Shown: piece by piece, positions 25,132 through 37,683 of the stretch
How positions within the stretch are numbered: the first letter of the stretch is position 1
How the letters are laid out: every line of letters starts with the position of its first letter
NCBI GenBank assembly: GCA_024704765.1
Contig: JAKMXF010000009.1
Location: 45,803 to 109,802 of the forward strand
Direction: 5' to 3'
DNA length: 64,000 nt
Origin: Oopsacas minuta
Taxonomy: Eukaryota; Animalia; Porifera
Notes under the pieces: generated by a model
The model's input: only the letters and a program-made list of their open reading frames with translations
Database searches by the model: none
What the model was told of the DNA's origin: nothing
Program-made: the position numbers and the translations under genes

Positions 25132-26048
25132 GGGGTGCATGCATTTGTTAGAATTTAGAAGTAGTCATTTGTTAGAATTTCTACAGTTTGCACTTGTTAG
25201 AATGGGTTTTTTCATATGTTTGCACTTGTTAGAATGGGTTTTTCATATGTTTGCACTTGTTAGAATGGGTTTTTTCGTAAGTTTGCATTTGTTAGAATGT
25301 TTTTTTTCGTATGTTTGCATTTGTTAGAATGGGGTTCCTTACTAAATGAATATGAATGAGTTTAATAGAGGGCACATGCATTTGTTAGAATCACGCAAAC
25401 CTTCATTTGTTAGAATCATTATAATTTGTCTTCTTGTGTCGCAATTTTCAAGCACTTCCTCATCTGTATGGATACGATAGTCCAATCAAATACCACACCA
25501 GTTATCCGAACGAGTGTACTCAAATGCTCATCTTCTCAGCTCAAGCCAAGCTAGCTAGATAACCCATGAAAATGCCAATTCTAGTACACGCTCACGTCAC
25601 TTCTAAATACTCTCATCAACTCACAGCATTGGAGTTGTGCATTCAACACTACATCATGAATGAACCATTCTAACAAATGCAAACATATGAAAAAGTCATT
25701 CTAACATGTGCAAACATATGAAAAACTCATTCTAACAAGTGCAAACATATGAAAAACTCATTCTAACAAGTGCAAACATATGAAAAACTCATTCTAACAA
25801 GTCCAAACATATGAAAAACTCATTCTAACAAGTGCAAACATATGAAAAACTCATTCTAACAAGTGCAAACATATGAAAAACTCATTCTAACAAGTGCAAA
25901 CATATGGAAAACTCATTCTAACAAGTCCAAACATATGAAAAACTCATTCTAACAAGTGCAAACATATGGAAAACTCATTCTAACAAGTGCAAACTGTAGA
26001 AATTCTAACAAATGAATACTTCAAAATTCTAACAAATGCTGCGCCCCC
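25132..26048. mobile_element. Foldback-type element with minisatellite-containing long TIRs
   Basis: Perfect 8-bp TSD ctctaaac (25124-25131 and 26049-26056); GG-initiated inverted ends; inverted arrays of a ttctaacaa-based unit on both sides. Confidence 0.88.
25668..25977 (+). repeat. Minisatellite, 10 copies of a 31-bp unit
   Basis: Unit ttctaacaagtgcaaacatatgaaaaactca repeated exactly 10 times (310 bp); about 4 inverted copies at about 25190-25330. Confidence 0.97.
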
Positions 26049-26127
26049 CTCTAAACTTCATTATCCCTGGTCCAGTGAAATTGACTCAGTGATCAGACCT
26101 TATATCTTTGGTGGGCTATGGTTGAGT

Positions 26128-26860
26128 TTATGAATACATAGATGCAGGGGGATTACCCGACGGGACACTGGGAATTTCCCGGTGGGCAGGTTTGATTGGA
26201 GTCGTAGTGTCTCCGACAGACCCTAACATGGGATTTGTTTTAAATCTCCATGTGAGTCCTAGTGTTTGTTTCACCCATACGTGACAAACTTTGTCTAACA
26301 TATGTCTAGACAAAAGGCTAGTATTCCTTACAAAGTGTATATTTCCCCTAGAACATTTGTAGAGAGGTCAAATCATAATTTTCCGATCGATCGCTACGCT
26401 CCTTAAAGAATCCATATACGGTTAGCAGGTATGATCACTATTCAGTATAGACTGCTGGGGATACAGAGATTTGACCATGGATGAGTGAGAAGTGGGTAAT
26501 GAGCTCAAAGGATCAAGAGAAGTAATTGATTGGCTGTCGATAGACATTTGATTGGTCAGTTTACTCCCTAGACATGAATCTGCTTGGGAAACTGAAATTT
26601 GGAATGCAGAGGATGGTCGTAACTTAACAGGGGTAAATGCTGTCAGCTCAGATGGCAGAATTATGTCCGGTTTCTTCTCCAACAAATCCCACAGCTGTCC
26701 AACCTGACTCTGACCCTCTTTAGGCCTATCTTGGAAATCCACTGGGTCTCTGGTAACTCTAGCATCTGATTGGTTAGGGAGTAATAAGATAAAATCTTGT
26801 TTGTTCTTAATTTGTCTTAATTCTTCTTTTATTTCTGTCAGAGCTGTAGTTACACAACAC
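26128..26860 (-). pseudogene. Decayed unidentified reading frame (coiled coil, Ser-rich linker, possibly BEN-like tail)
   Basis: One frame is open for about 240 codons apart from two stops, behind a plausible acceptor site. Domain identity is uncertain. Confidence 0.3.
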
Positions 26861-27929
26861 CTATTGAATTATATCATAAAATATACACAAGGGTTTCTAT
26901 GGCTACAAATTTCAGTATAATAACACCTGCATAAACTGACACTCGTTGGGACATGAATATAGTGTAGTTTAACAAATTGTCGGAAGCTATTCACATCAGA
27001 AATAGCGCTTCAGGTTACAGAGGTATTCCGGATTATACAGGTGTCTGTTTACGCAGGTTCCACTGTACTCAAATTGACTATTGTCAAAATGGTCATAGAA
27101 GATCAAACTTGCCAAAATATGACGTAATAATCTAAGTATATACTATTAAAACGCAATTAATCTGGGTATATATTAGCAGGCACTCTGAAAGGGGGGTCAG
27201 GAGGACAATTTGGCCTGGGTCTTAACCGCTTAACGACGAAATACATGACGTATTTATCACCTTTTTGGATTTCCAAAAATCACATTATTAGGCACTAAAT
27301 AGCCAATATATATGTTAGATGGGTGAAATTGGAATTACAGAAATTCCTCAATATAACCTATTGTTTGGTTGTTTGTTTGTTGTTTACTAGCTATGTACTT
27401 ACTTCTTGTGAATTAGTAGATATAATATTGTTTATCTTTTCCAAAAGAGGTTCGAATTTTAGAACAATATCATTCTGTTTCTGTGACACATGATCAAACA
27501 GCTGATTGAGTCTGTTGACACCTTCTTGTGATGATTTCTCTATTAACTCAATTCTAGTTAATAGATTAGCTTCTACGAGCTTAATCAGCTGAGAAGTGTA
27601 TACTGTATTTTGATTGGTTGTCTGTAAATGAGTAGACAGCTGTTATATACTCGTGTTTTGATTGGTTGTCGCCTATTAATAGAAGATATTCAGAAACACT
27701 CATGTACCAATTGGACAGTATTTAGGCGCCGAAATTAGAATTTTGAACCTTTGACATTTGTCATGCATAGGTCAGAGAATTTAGAAAGTAGCCCCCTGTC
27801 CTTGCCCCCTCCCAAGGGTACAAATATTCACTAGAGGTACCAGCTATGATCCAAAGTATTCAATAAATATATCAAATATTTACTTCAAAAATATTAGAAT
27901 TTTAGCGAGTATTTTGCGACAAAATGAAA

Positions 27930-29189
27930 TCAAGCAGAAAATATTTGTAAACAGAAATTATTGTTATTAGAAACACAAATTATTTTTGTGTTGTTGTGTA
28001 TTATAATTCCGAAAGGGGAGTCAAACATTCCAGCTTTATGTCCTCTCTGTCCTATCTCGTGTAGGAGGTCTCCTTCTGGTGAGAATACTTTAATATTGCC
28101 AGTCCAGTAATCGCTTATGATAATGTTATTATGTCCGTCTAGACAGAAGAAGGATGCTCCTTCAACTTGCTTTCCTGTTCCTCTGGTAAGCAATGTGCGG
28201 GACTTCTCTCCTGAGAGAGTAAACACATGAATACATGGATTGTCTTTCCAGCTCAACACAAACATTTCATTGGTTGTGTATTTAACATCAATAGGTGTAG
28301 TCATGGTTTGGTGTCGTAGCGTGTCTTGAAATACCAGATTAGTTGTTAGTATTTGTAGTCTGTTGTTGTTACGATCTGGAACATAAAGGTGTGTATTAGG
28401 AGAGATGGCGGGTTGTTTAGGAATATTGAACTCTTCACTACCAGATCCTTCCTTACCTACTCGCTTTATCATAGTTAGTTCTGGCAGCTCGTATAAGAAG
28501 ATAGCGTGATGTTCTATGTCTGTAACATAAATGTTATCCTCGTGGATTAGAATGCCCCATGGATATTTCAGGTGTTGATTACCGAAATGGTTGAGATAGT
28601 CTCCTGACTGAGAGAATATTTGTATACGACTGTTGCCCACATCTGCCACATAAATGTGTCCAGATTCAGGTTCAATTGCGACACCTCTTGACCCATTAAA
28701 CTCCCCAGGAGCTGATCCTTTTTTCCCAACAGCAACAATGGGCTGTTGGAAATTAGCGTACTTTGGGATTACTGGTATATGAGGGATGGAATGGATTTCT
28801 TGTTGGCTGATCTCTCCTAGACGGTTAATGCTCCTCTCGAGGTCTTGTGTATCACACAAGAACCTCAGTACATGAGGTGGTGGTGTGTTGAGGTGGAGTT
28901 CTGCTAGTTTTGTTTGCATTTCTGCCACAAATCTATCTGAAATGGAGTGAAGTTTATTGTGTGTCATTCTACCTTCTACAAGAGCTCGGGTCTCTTCCAG
29001 CTGTTGCTTCATTTCCTGATACGCTACCTGATTAGCTCTTGTTTCTTCTTGTTTATTTCTTAAATTGGTTAAGAGATGGATTCTTCTCTGATTGAGTAGG
29101 AATATCATCCTGTCAATTGATTGGTTGATTTCTTGTTCTAAGGGGTCTACAATTGGCACTGGGATTGGCCCAGGAAATTGTGTCGCCAT
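27930..29189 (-). CDS. Coiled-coil plus NHL-repeat protein (TRIM2/3-like C-terminus without RING or B-box), 419 aa
   Basis: N-terminal coiled coil, then NHL blades (GEFNGSRGVAI, IYVADVGNSRIQIF, PWGILI, FDSPFGIII). Confidence 0.9.
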   Translation of the reverse strand: MATQFPGPIPVPIVDPLEQEINQSIDRMIFLLNQRRIHLLTNLRNKQEETRANQVAYQEMKQQLEETRALVEGRMTHNKLHSISDRFVAEMQTKLAELHLNTPPPHVLRFLCDTQDLERSINRLGEISQQEIHSIPHIPVIPKYANFQQPIVAVGKKGSAPGEFNGSRGVAIEPESGHIYVADVGNSRIQIFSQSGDYLNHFGNQHLKYPWGILIHEDNIYVTDIEHHAIFLYELPELTMIKRVGKEGSGSEEFNIPKQPAISPNTHLYVPDRNNNRLQILTTNLVFQDTLRHQTMTTPIDVKYTTNEMFVLSWKDNPCIHVFTLSGEKSRTLLTRGTGKQVEGASFFCLDGHNNIIISDYWTGNIKVFSPEGDLLHEIGQRGHKAGMFDSPFGIIIHNNTKIICVSNNNNFCLQIFSA

Positions 29190-29489
29190 ATGAGAGTTGT
29201 AAAGTTTAAATTTGTTTGAATTTGTTTAGTTTTGTTTGATTTCAAATTTACTATATTTTATAGTTTGTAATATAAAACTGTTGAACTGACACAATTATTA
29301 AAATAGAATAATTATCAGTGGTTTGTGTCGTGTGACCTCTCCCATGTACTCTGGTCTTGTGACACAATCTTATTACAGATAATATTGTTTACTGGTTACC
29401 AATTTTATATTATTGCTGTGTCGTGTTCAGCCATCTGGATAGATTGTGGATTATTTGCTGAAAATATTTGGTTATTATATCTCAATGAT

Positions 29490-29927
29490 TGTCTGTCTGT
29501 TTGTTTGTTTGTTTGTTTGTTTGTTTGTCCGTTGTCAAGGAAAGGATTTATGGTATGGAATTTTGAAATTGTCGCAAAACTATGTATTTATCGTGTTTAC
29601 AAGGAAGTAAATAGAATTCAAGAAAACTTCACTAAATATATCGAACATGCTGAATCCGATTTTCACACTTTGGATTAATCATATGTAAATTTATTGTTGT
29701 TTTTATGAATATAAAGTAAACAAATTTCACATTTGAGGTAGAATCATACTTTCAACGGCAGTACAGGGGTAATCGAGTATACTGAATCCGAATATGGTAT
29801 TGTAAACAACATATTGTCAACATTTGTTTACTTTTAGGTACATAAAGTAAACTCTGTTTATTTGTCTGTTGAATACCTCGAGCGCAATGCGACGAGTTCA
29901 TCGCAAAGCGATGAGCCAAAGGCTCGT
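29490..29927 (+). mobile_element. Helitron-like non-autonomous repeat
   Basis: Starts with a (ctgt/ttgt)n tract, shares an internal block with 19930-20150, and ends with the hairpin tcatcgc-aaa-gcgatga (29898-29914) followed by CTCG|T. Confidence 0.45.
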
Positions 29928-31860
29928 ATTTGGTTAAATTCTAATAAACTAATAATCAAAATAAATTACAGAAAACTCCTGTTATATTTATGGTTAAGGG
30001 ACTATGATAATTACTTCGATATAACTGATGAGATATATATGTAACCTTTACTGGTTGATACCATATTTGTATAATTTCACACTTCGATATAAGCGGGTAT
30101 TTTGATATATCCGTATTTGATATAACCGGAGTTAATTGTATAGATCCTGATATTTACACAACAGTTGTCAATAAATAACACAAACAATTGATACTATAAA
30201 TAGATATAATTACCTGGTTTAGGGCAGAAATGGCAGCATTTGATTGGCTACTCTGATTAATGACAGCTGTCTTATTCGGGCACTGAATGTTTTCCGAGGT
30301 CAATTAGATAATGAAGGCATACCTTCCAACTCTTCTGTGGTGGTTTGCGAAAATCGAAGTAGGTGTGCCCCACTCTAATCAAGCCAACCCTTCTCTTCTA
30401 AAACCTTTAGTGAAAACTGACCCGGGAACAAAGTAGAAGGCTCACCCCGAAGACCCCCCAAAACACCACTGCAACTTTTTTGAGTTCACTGGATCGGAAC
30501 CTGACAATGGCTATGGCCGTATTTGAAGACTTTTTCCCGACCTGCCACGAGACGCTAATCCGCCACTGCATAGATGACACCAGACACCAGACACCCCACA
30601 CTTTTGCACATGACATAATAATGGCAGGGAGTATAATCTATCTTAGCCCAGACTATACCCTGTATATTCTGAGCTAGCCCACTTCATACCCTGAGTATAA
30701 TCTAGCTGTTACCGGTATAAGTGTGTTTGGGGTCCCAGTGAATTAGGACCACAACCTCCCAAAACGTTAGCTATTTGGCCTCTCCTTACCTATATCGCTT
30801 GTCTTTTTGGTATCCAAATTTCCCTAAAACGCGCTTACACCAGTGGCCCCAAAAATACGATCACACGGGAGCAAACATCGTTATTGACTTATAGTGCATA
30901 ACTATATTCTTTATTGATAAGACACCCTACCTATCCCTGACGAGAAAAGTGCTGGGACGAGTAGGAGGGCTCACATTAAAGACACTAGAAAGTTCTTTTT
31001 ACACACTTAAAGATGGAATATGCTATACAGATACACTCCCTTCAACTATCCTTGCTTCAGTTATGTCAGGTGGAAATAGTTAAGTTACCAAGCCCTGCTA
31101 TCTGCTTCCAAGGATGTGTCTACTAATCTGAGAGAGGTACTATACTCATACTCGACACTACACCGACTGGATTTTCACGAGATTACGTTATTTTCTGTAT
31201 CGACCGCATAGTTAGTCTCCGACACAGCTTGATTACATATTTGGATAACTCTGTGCCCTGGCCTGACACAGACTCTTCTAAGAAGTTCAGTAATCTCTCT
31301 ATTGATTGTCCGTACATCATCAATAATTTCTGTCAACCCTCGTGATCTTCTATCACTAGCTCTCACCAACCAAACATTCTTCACTCTCATATTTGACCGT
31401 TCTCTCTGGCACGAAATCTTCCAAACACACCCTCCTCTAACCCAAACTATAGGCCTATGCTACCTATAGAAATACTAGTAGATAACTAGTGTATTGTGTT
31501 ACGTCATTAAGTTCTAATACGAGCGCTATAGCGTAAGTATGTTGATGGCTATGAAGTATCCCTTAAGAGATGCTCGTGTGGTTTTGTTAGGAACCATGGA
31601 TGGTACCCAGTTCAACTGTAGGGTAGGCAAACGTGTATGAATCGGTTATTCTCCTTAATTTTATTCTTTACATTGCTCACAATTATTCTCCAATTTTATC
31701 ACTTAGGGTAGTACAACTTTCACCGTACCCCCGACCACTTGCCATTGTCCAGTGCGTCGAAAATTCTACTTTAAAAGTTATGTATGTCTTTTCTGACAAC
31801 TTATTGTTAATAATGTAAATTGTACTATATATTAATGTTAAACTATTCCAATTTAGTAGC

Positions 31861-32331
31861 ATGAATTATTTACACACCCTGCGTATACTGACTGCACTAA
31901 CAGGTCTATCTGTATCTCTGTATACAGCTTATATATACAGACAGAAGCTGTATAATCCAGACTACAAGGCTCTATGCGACATAAGCGAGACAATTTCATG
32001 TAGTGACGCCATAAGATCAAGATATTCTAAAGGGTTTGGCTTGCTAGATGGGATATTAGATTCTGACAGTATTCTCAATATTCCTAATTTCATTTTAGGA
32101 ATCATTTTCTTTATACTTTATTCTCTGGTTACTGTGACTGAGTATTTTACATTTTTGCTGTTACCAGCTGCTACAATATCTGTCTGCATATCTATATACC
32201 TCTTCTATATCCTCAATCTAGTTATGAAGATACACTGTTTGGTATGCTACTTTTCTTATGCGATTAGTTTTGTTTTATTTCTTATTGAATTGAAATTAAG
32301 TTTTAATAGAACTGCAAATAAAGTTAAATAA
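31861..32331 (+). CDS. VKORC1: Vitamin K epoxide reductase, 156 aa, single exon
   Basis: Loop cysteines (ALCDISETISCS), RYSKGFGLL, active-site CLVC and four hydrophobic segments. Confidence 0.93.
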   Translation: MNYLHTLRILTALTGLSVSLYTAYIYRQKLYNPDYKALCDISETISCSDAIRSRYSKGFGLLDGILDSDSILNIPNFILGIIFFILYSLVTVTEYFTFLLLPAATISVCISIYLFYILNLVMKIHCLVCYFSYAISFVLFLIELKLSFNRTANKVK

Positions 32332-32678
32332 AAATAATGTATATTTTGTATTGTAGCATTCCTATTCTAATCTGTCTCTTGTTATTACAAGTTGAATAGT
32401 GATCAGCAACAAAAACTAATTAATTCTGTAAATTGATATTGTAGATGTCTGTATGCATTGTGAGTAGTACATTGTCCAGTTATTATCCATTATTTCCCTT
32501 CTGTTTACTGCATACTACAAAACTAGCGGGGCTGCTTTATCAAAAATTCGATAAGACTCCATCTCTCAATTTTCCAGTGAATGGAATATTCTCAAGCTAC
32601 TTTCTACTATATATCAATTATCACAATGCTATCATGTGTGTTATTTACTTGTATGTATATTATTATTCTGCTTAGCTA

Positions 32679-35600
32679 ATGTCTCAAGGTGTGAAACGTC
32701 GCAGGAGTACACGTCTCTCTAGCTCAGGCTACTACTCTAAGCGTACCAAGCCTACACAATGCCCTACTAACATACTCTCTGTAGAGAACTTCCAGGAAAT
32801 GGCAGACTATGTGAAGGAGAAGATTTCTGTGAAACCTGAAGTAGGTATTATTTGTGGATCTGGATTAGGTACCTTATCAGATCTTGTGAAGGATTCTATC
32901 GTGAGTATATTCGTTATGACTATCACTAGCAATATATACAATCAACTCCTGTTATATCGAACACGCATATATCGAATTCTGAAATTGTACAAATACAAAT
33001 ACAAATATTGTTCCAAACCGCCAAAAAGTAACTTAAATTTCATCTGTCATATCGAAGTAATCATCGCGGTCCCTTGGGCTTCGATATAACTTGAGTTGAC
33101 TGTAGTTATATTTGATTCTCAAATAAACTGAGTATCTCTCAGCTGTGCTATAAAGTCAGAAATTTGTCCAAGATACAAATCTTTCACTTTTGGATGCTTT
33201 TTGACCATAATAGAAATTATATATTAGGAGCGAATAAGTCACTTCCTTGTCTAATAATATGTCTAATTGATAATATGTATGTAGTTCTATAATCAATAAT
33301 TACTTCCTTACTTGAGAATGAACGAGCAGATTACGGATAGTACTTAAACTCAATTATTGCATATCTTTATCTGAATATGATGAATTATACCGCATATGTT
33401 AATGAAAAATTCGCTTTTCTTTTAGGCTATTTATCATTATATATATACTGAAGTTGATCGTATTTCAAGTTTCTCACATATTTATTGAGCCTTCCTCTAT
33501 TGTTTCTCCTATGCATAAAGATGTTTGTACACTATTTTCTATCCTTTAGACTCCTACTTGAATACTGTATAGTACAGCGCAACCTCTATAAGTGGGGAGT
33601 GTGGGGCATGGGGCATACTTTGCTTAGAGATATTATAATTATGCCTCATACCATTGATTATACCTCCTCTCCTCTATTAGCGGCGAATTCTCAGATAAAT
33701 TTTCTCGAATATTGAATTTTTGTGCTAATTTAGGAACAAAAACACGTATTTATAGCCATTATTATTATTAATAGAAAATTCTTTGTGTTTCTCAGAAGAA
33801 ATTTATTACAAATTTAGAATTTAACCAACAGCATTATCTTTATCAAATATCATTGAAAAACATTCTTTAGAGGAAGTGTTTTTATATATATTAACTCAAA
33901 AATCTCTGGTTAAAGGACATTTGCATTTGAAATTGTATATGGAGAATGGGGGCTATCAGGAAATTCGCCATCCCGAACTCCCCCACTTATAGAGGTTCTA
34001 CTGTATACGTAATTGTATATTACCAGTGTATTTCAGCTTTTGCTGTCCGCTTTATTATCATATATTCCAAACATAGTGGATAAATACCTATACGGAAAGT
34101 TCTATATTAGGAGGGTCTAGCATACTCATATTGTCTTATCTACCAAAAATCGGGGAAAATTCCGCTTTGGACTTAGCACTAAATATACGTCCGAAAACAC
34201 ATTCCTGTCAACATCAGAGGATAGTTATCAAGAATGTATTCCTATTTATTATATCTAAAATTTAGGATATTTTGTATGAAGAAGTACCTCATATGCCTGT
34301 CAGCACAGTGGAGGGTCATGAAGGGAAGTTTGTTATTGGCAGTTTAGGAGGTATGGATGTTATCTGTATGAAGGGGCGTGTACATCACTACGAAGGGTAT
34401 CATTCTCAACAGCTGACAGCTCCCATCAGACTCATGAGTCGGTTAGGAGTAAAGTATCTTGTTGTTACTAATGCTGCTGGGGGTGTCAACAAGTCATTCA
34501 GCCCTGGTTAGTTATATCTATTAAATTTAGGGAGAATTTTATAATACTGGTTTCTCAGTTGTAGCTAGTGTTTGTCAGAAAAGACATCCCTGGAAAAAAA
34601 CGGTTTTTCCACCCTAGATACGGGCACCAACTTTGGGAAAATGCATCCATGACCATATATGTCAACATTCTCACTTGCAAGAGGATTACATCTTGAGAAA
34701 TTCTAGTATTCCATCATGGATATATTTCCCTAAATACATTTCATGTATTGGAAGTAATAATAAGTGTTGTTCCAGCATCAAGCCGCGTTAGAATAAGTTA
34801 AGGCATAATTTCTATGTACTATGGACAGCTAGAAACAAAAGGCAAAAAGGATCTTTTTAGAAAACTCTTGAGAAATTCTTGTCACGAATTATCGAGTTGT
34901 TCATGACTAATGAGAGATTTTTGTCACGATTTATCAGTTTATATAGAAACTCGAATGCTGGTTGACTCGAAAATTAGAATTTTTTGAAAAGATTTTTAGG
35001 ATTCGGGTTATCCGATGTTAACTGTATATTATATTATATTAATAATATGAATAAATTTATATAAATTTTTTTCTTGCATTTTTGAAAGGTCACAAAATTT
35101 AATGAGCTGCATATATTTCAGCTCTGTATCATTTGAAATGTGTCGCAGGGAAATTGGGACCTAAATGGAAGGTTATCCGTTAACTCGAACGAGCAGATTT
35201 TGATTTCCCCGAGGGATCGAGTTACCGGATATTGCCTGTATATATTTAATAATGAAAAATGGATCGGCAGAAACTGCTTATTCACCTACACGTGTAATTT
35301 TTCGAGGAAATATATTTTCGTGAGTGCATTCTACCCATTATAATTCTTCTAAGAAAATCATCAAAAATTTCAAATCTACGGACATTCCATCTGTCACTAC
35401 CTAGGCTATGTATTTGTCTTGTTTAGGAGATCTAATGCTGATAAAAGATCACATCAATTTCCTGGGATTAGCAGGAATAAACCCACTGATAGGACCTAAC
35501 CTGTCTACCTTTGGAACAGGAGAAAGGTTTCTTCAGATGGTTAACTGCTATGATAAAGAGATGAGAGAGACAGCTTTAGAGTTAGCTCCCAAACACGGGG

Positions 35601-37683
35601 TGTCTCTACAACAGGGTGTGTATGCGTTAATAGGAGGTCCCTCATTCGAGACACCTGCTGAAATCAAGTGAGTATATTCAATTTGATAATGCTGTATTTA
35701 GCTATATTCAATCAAGATTACATAATGTTTGTAGAGTTTGTAACGCAAGAAATACCTTACTAATACGTTACACTGATATATGATAAAATGTATATAGACC
35801 TCTCTAAATAATCGCCTTTCCACTCATTACGTTATACTATGAGATTTGATGAAGTAATTATTTATTCCTAGGTGTGTTAAAAATGTGAAAATATGTATGC
35901 TGCAAAGATTCAGAGATCCGGTCCGGTCCGCTTTTTCTCAATTGCGGGTCTGGGCCGGTTCAATTAGCGAGCTAAAGTTCTGGACCGATTCATCGATCCC
36001 CAACTATTCATAATCTTCGATCGGACCATCGATGCACATACCTAAATTATACGAAGCTATAATAAGCTAAACGCTATCGGTCCGGGCCGGTCAATGAAAT
36101 TTCCGGATCGCTGCAACACTGGTATTCAATAAAATTCATATAAAACGTACTTAACTTAAGAGAAACGGTTTGAGTGTATCACTCCAAAACTGTACTTTGG
36201 AATAATACCTTATTTGGATAAGGCATAATTCGGATAGTTCGTACTAATTGTTGTTTCCCCAAGGGCTAAGTCTTATCCGAGGTATTCTGCACCACATAGA
36301 ATTATAATATCTAGAATGATTAGTTGATAATCTTATATTTAGACTTTCGATTACTGAATTATGATATTTTTGCTAGTTCGGTGATTATCAATTCGTAATT
36401 TCTTCAAATAATACTTAATTACAATTATCTTATATTTGAAAGTAAAACTCTAATATACATAATTATATTTCTGCTAATTAGGAATAATGTTAGACTCTCT
36501 GTATTATCTGATTTTCTAATGGAGTCAATAATATTTAATTATTCATATATCAAACAAATCACGCAATAATAACGAAATTTGCAACATGATCAAATATTTG
36601 TCTATCACTAAGAGCATTATTTAATGCGACTATATTGCAATTCGCATCTATGCTAGATTTCTGCTTAACTTTAATCTATTTTGCCTTATCTTCTTCGCAG
36701 ATTATTTTACTGTGACTTGACAATTCTATAAGTGAGCCAGTATTGAATTCACTACCTGTCATTATATTAAAACATTGGTTGGGTATATCTAATAGCTCAT
36801 GAGAATTTCTTATCTCGATTTATCTGGTCGCTCATGACTAATGAGTTATTCTTTTCACAATTTATCAGTTTGCTCATGACTGCGAGAAATTCCTGTCAGA
36901 TATCTATACTCCTTGTTTTCTCCGTATAAACAAAATTGTGGAAATAGAATTGCCACGACAATAGCATGTGTTTCTTATCCGGCATTTTTGTTATCAGCGT
37001 TGTAATTCTAATCTCGCTAAAACGCTGAATCAATTAAGTACTTCTTGAAATTAATAGATTCTTTAGAATTTATTCAACTGATTGTATATGGAGTAGGGAG
37101 TAGGGTGTAGGGTGTTGACTAGCCATTCAACAAACCCTCGATCTCCTCCTATTCTTCTGTAAAGGTAAGAGAAATTGGATCGAAACCTGCCAAGCATTAC
37201 AAGAATTCGCCCAACCCCAACTTGATTTTTGATCAAAGCATACTCTTCTGTAAGTTTACGTATAAATATAATCCGATTATTCTTATCACTAGGTTCCTCA
37301 ACTTAATAGGAGTAGATGCGGTGGGCATGAGCACAGCTCCAGAGGTTATCGTAGCTAGACACTGTGGGATTAGAACAGTAGCATTCTCCCTCATAACCAA
37401 CATGTCTGTACATCCAGATAGTGTACATGATGAATCTACATCTCATAGTGCTGTCTTGGCGCTAGGCTCTGAAGTTACTGGGAAGTTTTCCGGATTCATT
37501 ACTGAGCTAGTCTCTAGCTTCAAATCTAAAGGTATGCCTTTACAGCCCGAAGCAGATGTGTTCCATGATACTCTGATGGAATCTTGTAATAATGACGTAA
37601 TGAGTAAGACAGTCAATAACAATACTGAACTGTCATCCACAACTACTCCAGCAGATGATAACTCTATGCAAGATAATCATTAA
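32679..37683 (+). CDS. PNP: Purine nucleoside phosphorylase; exons 32679-32900, 34266-34506, 35427-35667, 37293-37683 (364 aa)
   Basis: GIICGSGLG, GRVHHYEG, TNAAGG, GGPSFETPAE, DAVGMST and SLITN motifs. All three GT-AG introns keep frame (phases 0, 1, 2). Confidence 0.95.
32939..33102. mobile_element. pogo/Tigger-like MITE in PNP intron 1
   Basis: Imperfect TIR caatcaactc..ttatatcgaa / ttcgatataac..gagttgactg with TA flanks; relatives at about 29968-30140 and 39945-40136. Confidence 0.6.
33575..34003. mobile_element. Tc1/pogo-type MITE in PNP intron 1
   Basis: Inverted ends cagcgcaacctctataagtgggg / cccacttatagaggttctactg with TA flanks. Confidence 0.7.

Noticed and set aside
25668-25977. 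CRISPR-like array
   Set aside because: The 31-bp units are contiguous with no unique spacers, no cas genes are present, and the context is eukaryotic.
31530-31745. Possible minus-strand gene start (MASGRGY) divergent from VKORC1
   Set aside because: The best splice junctions lead to a stop within ten codons.
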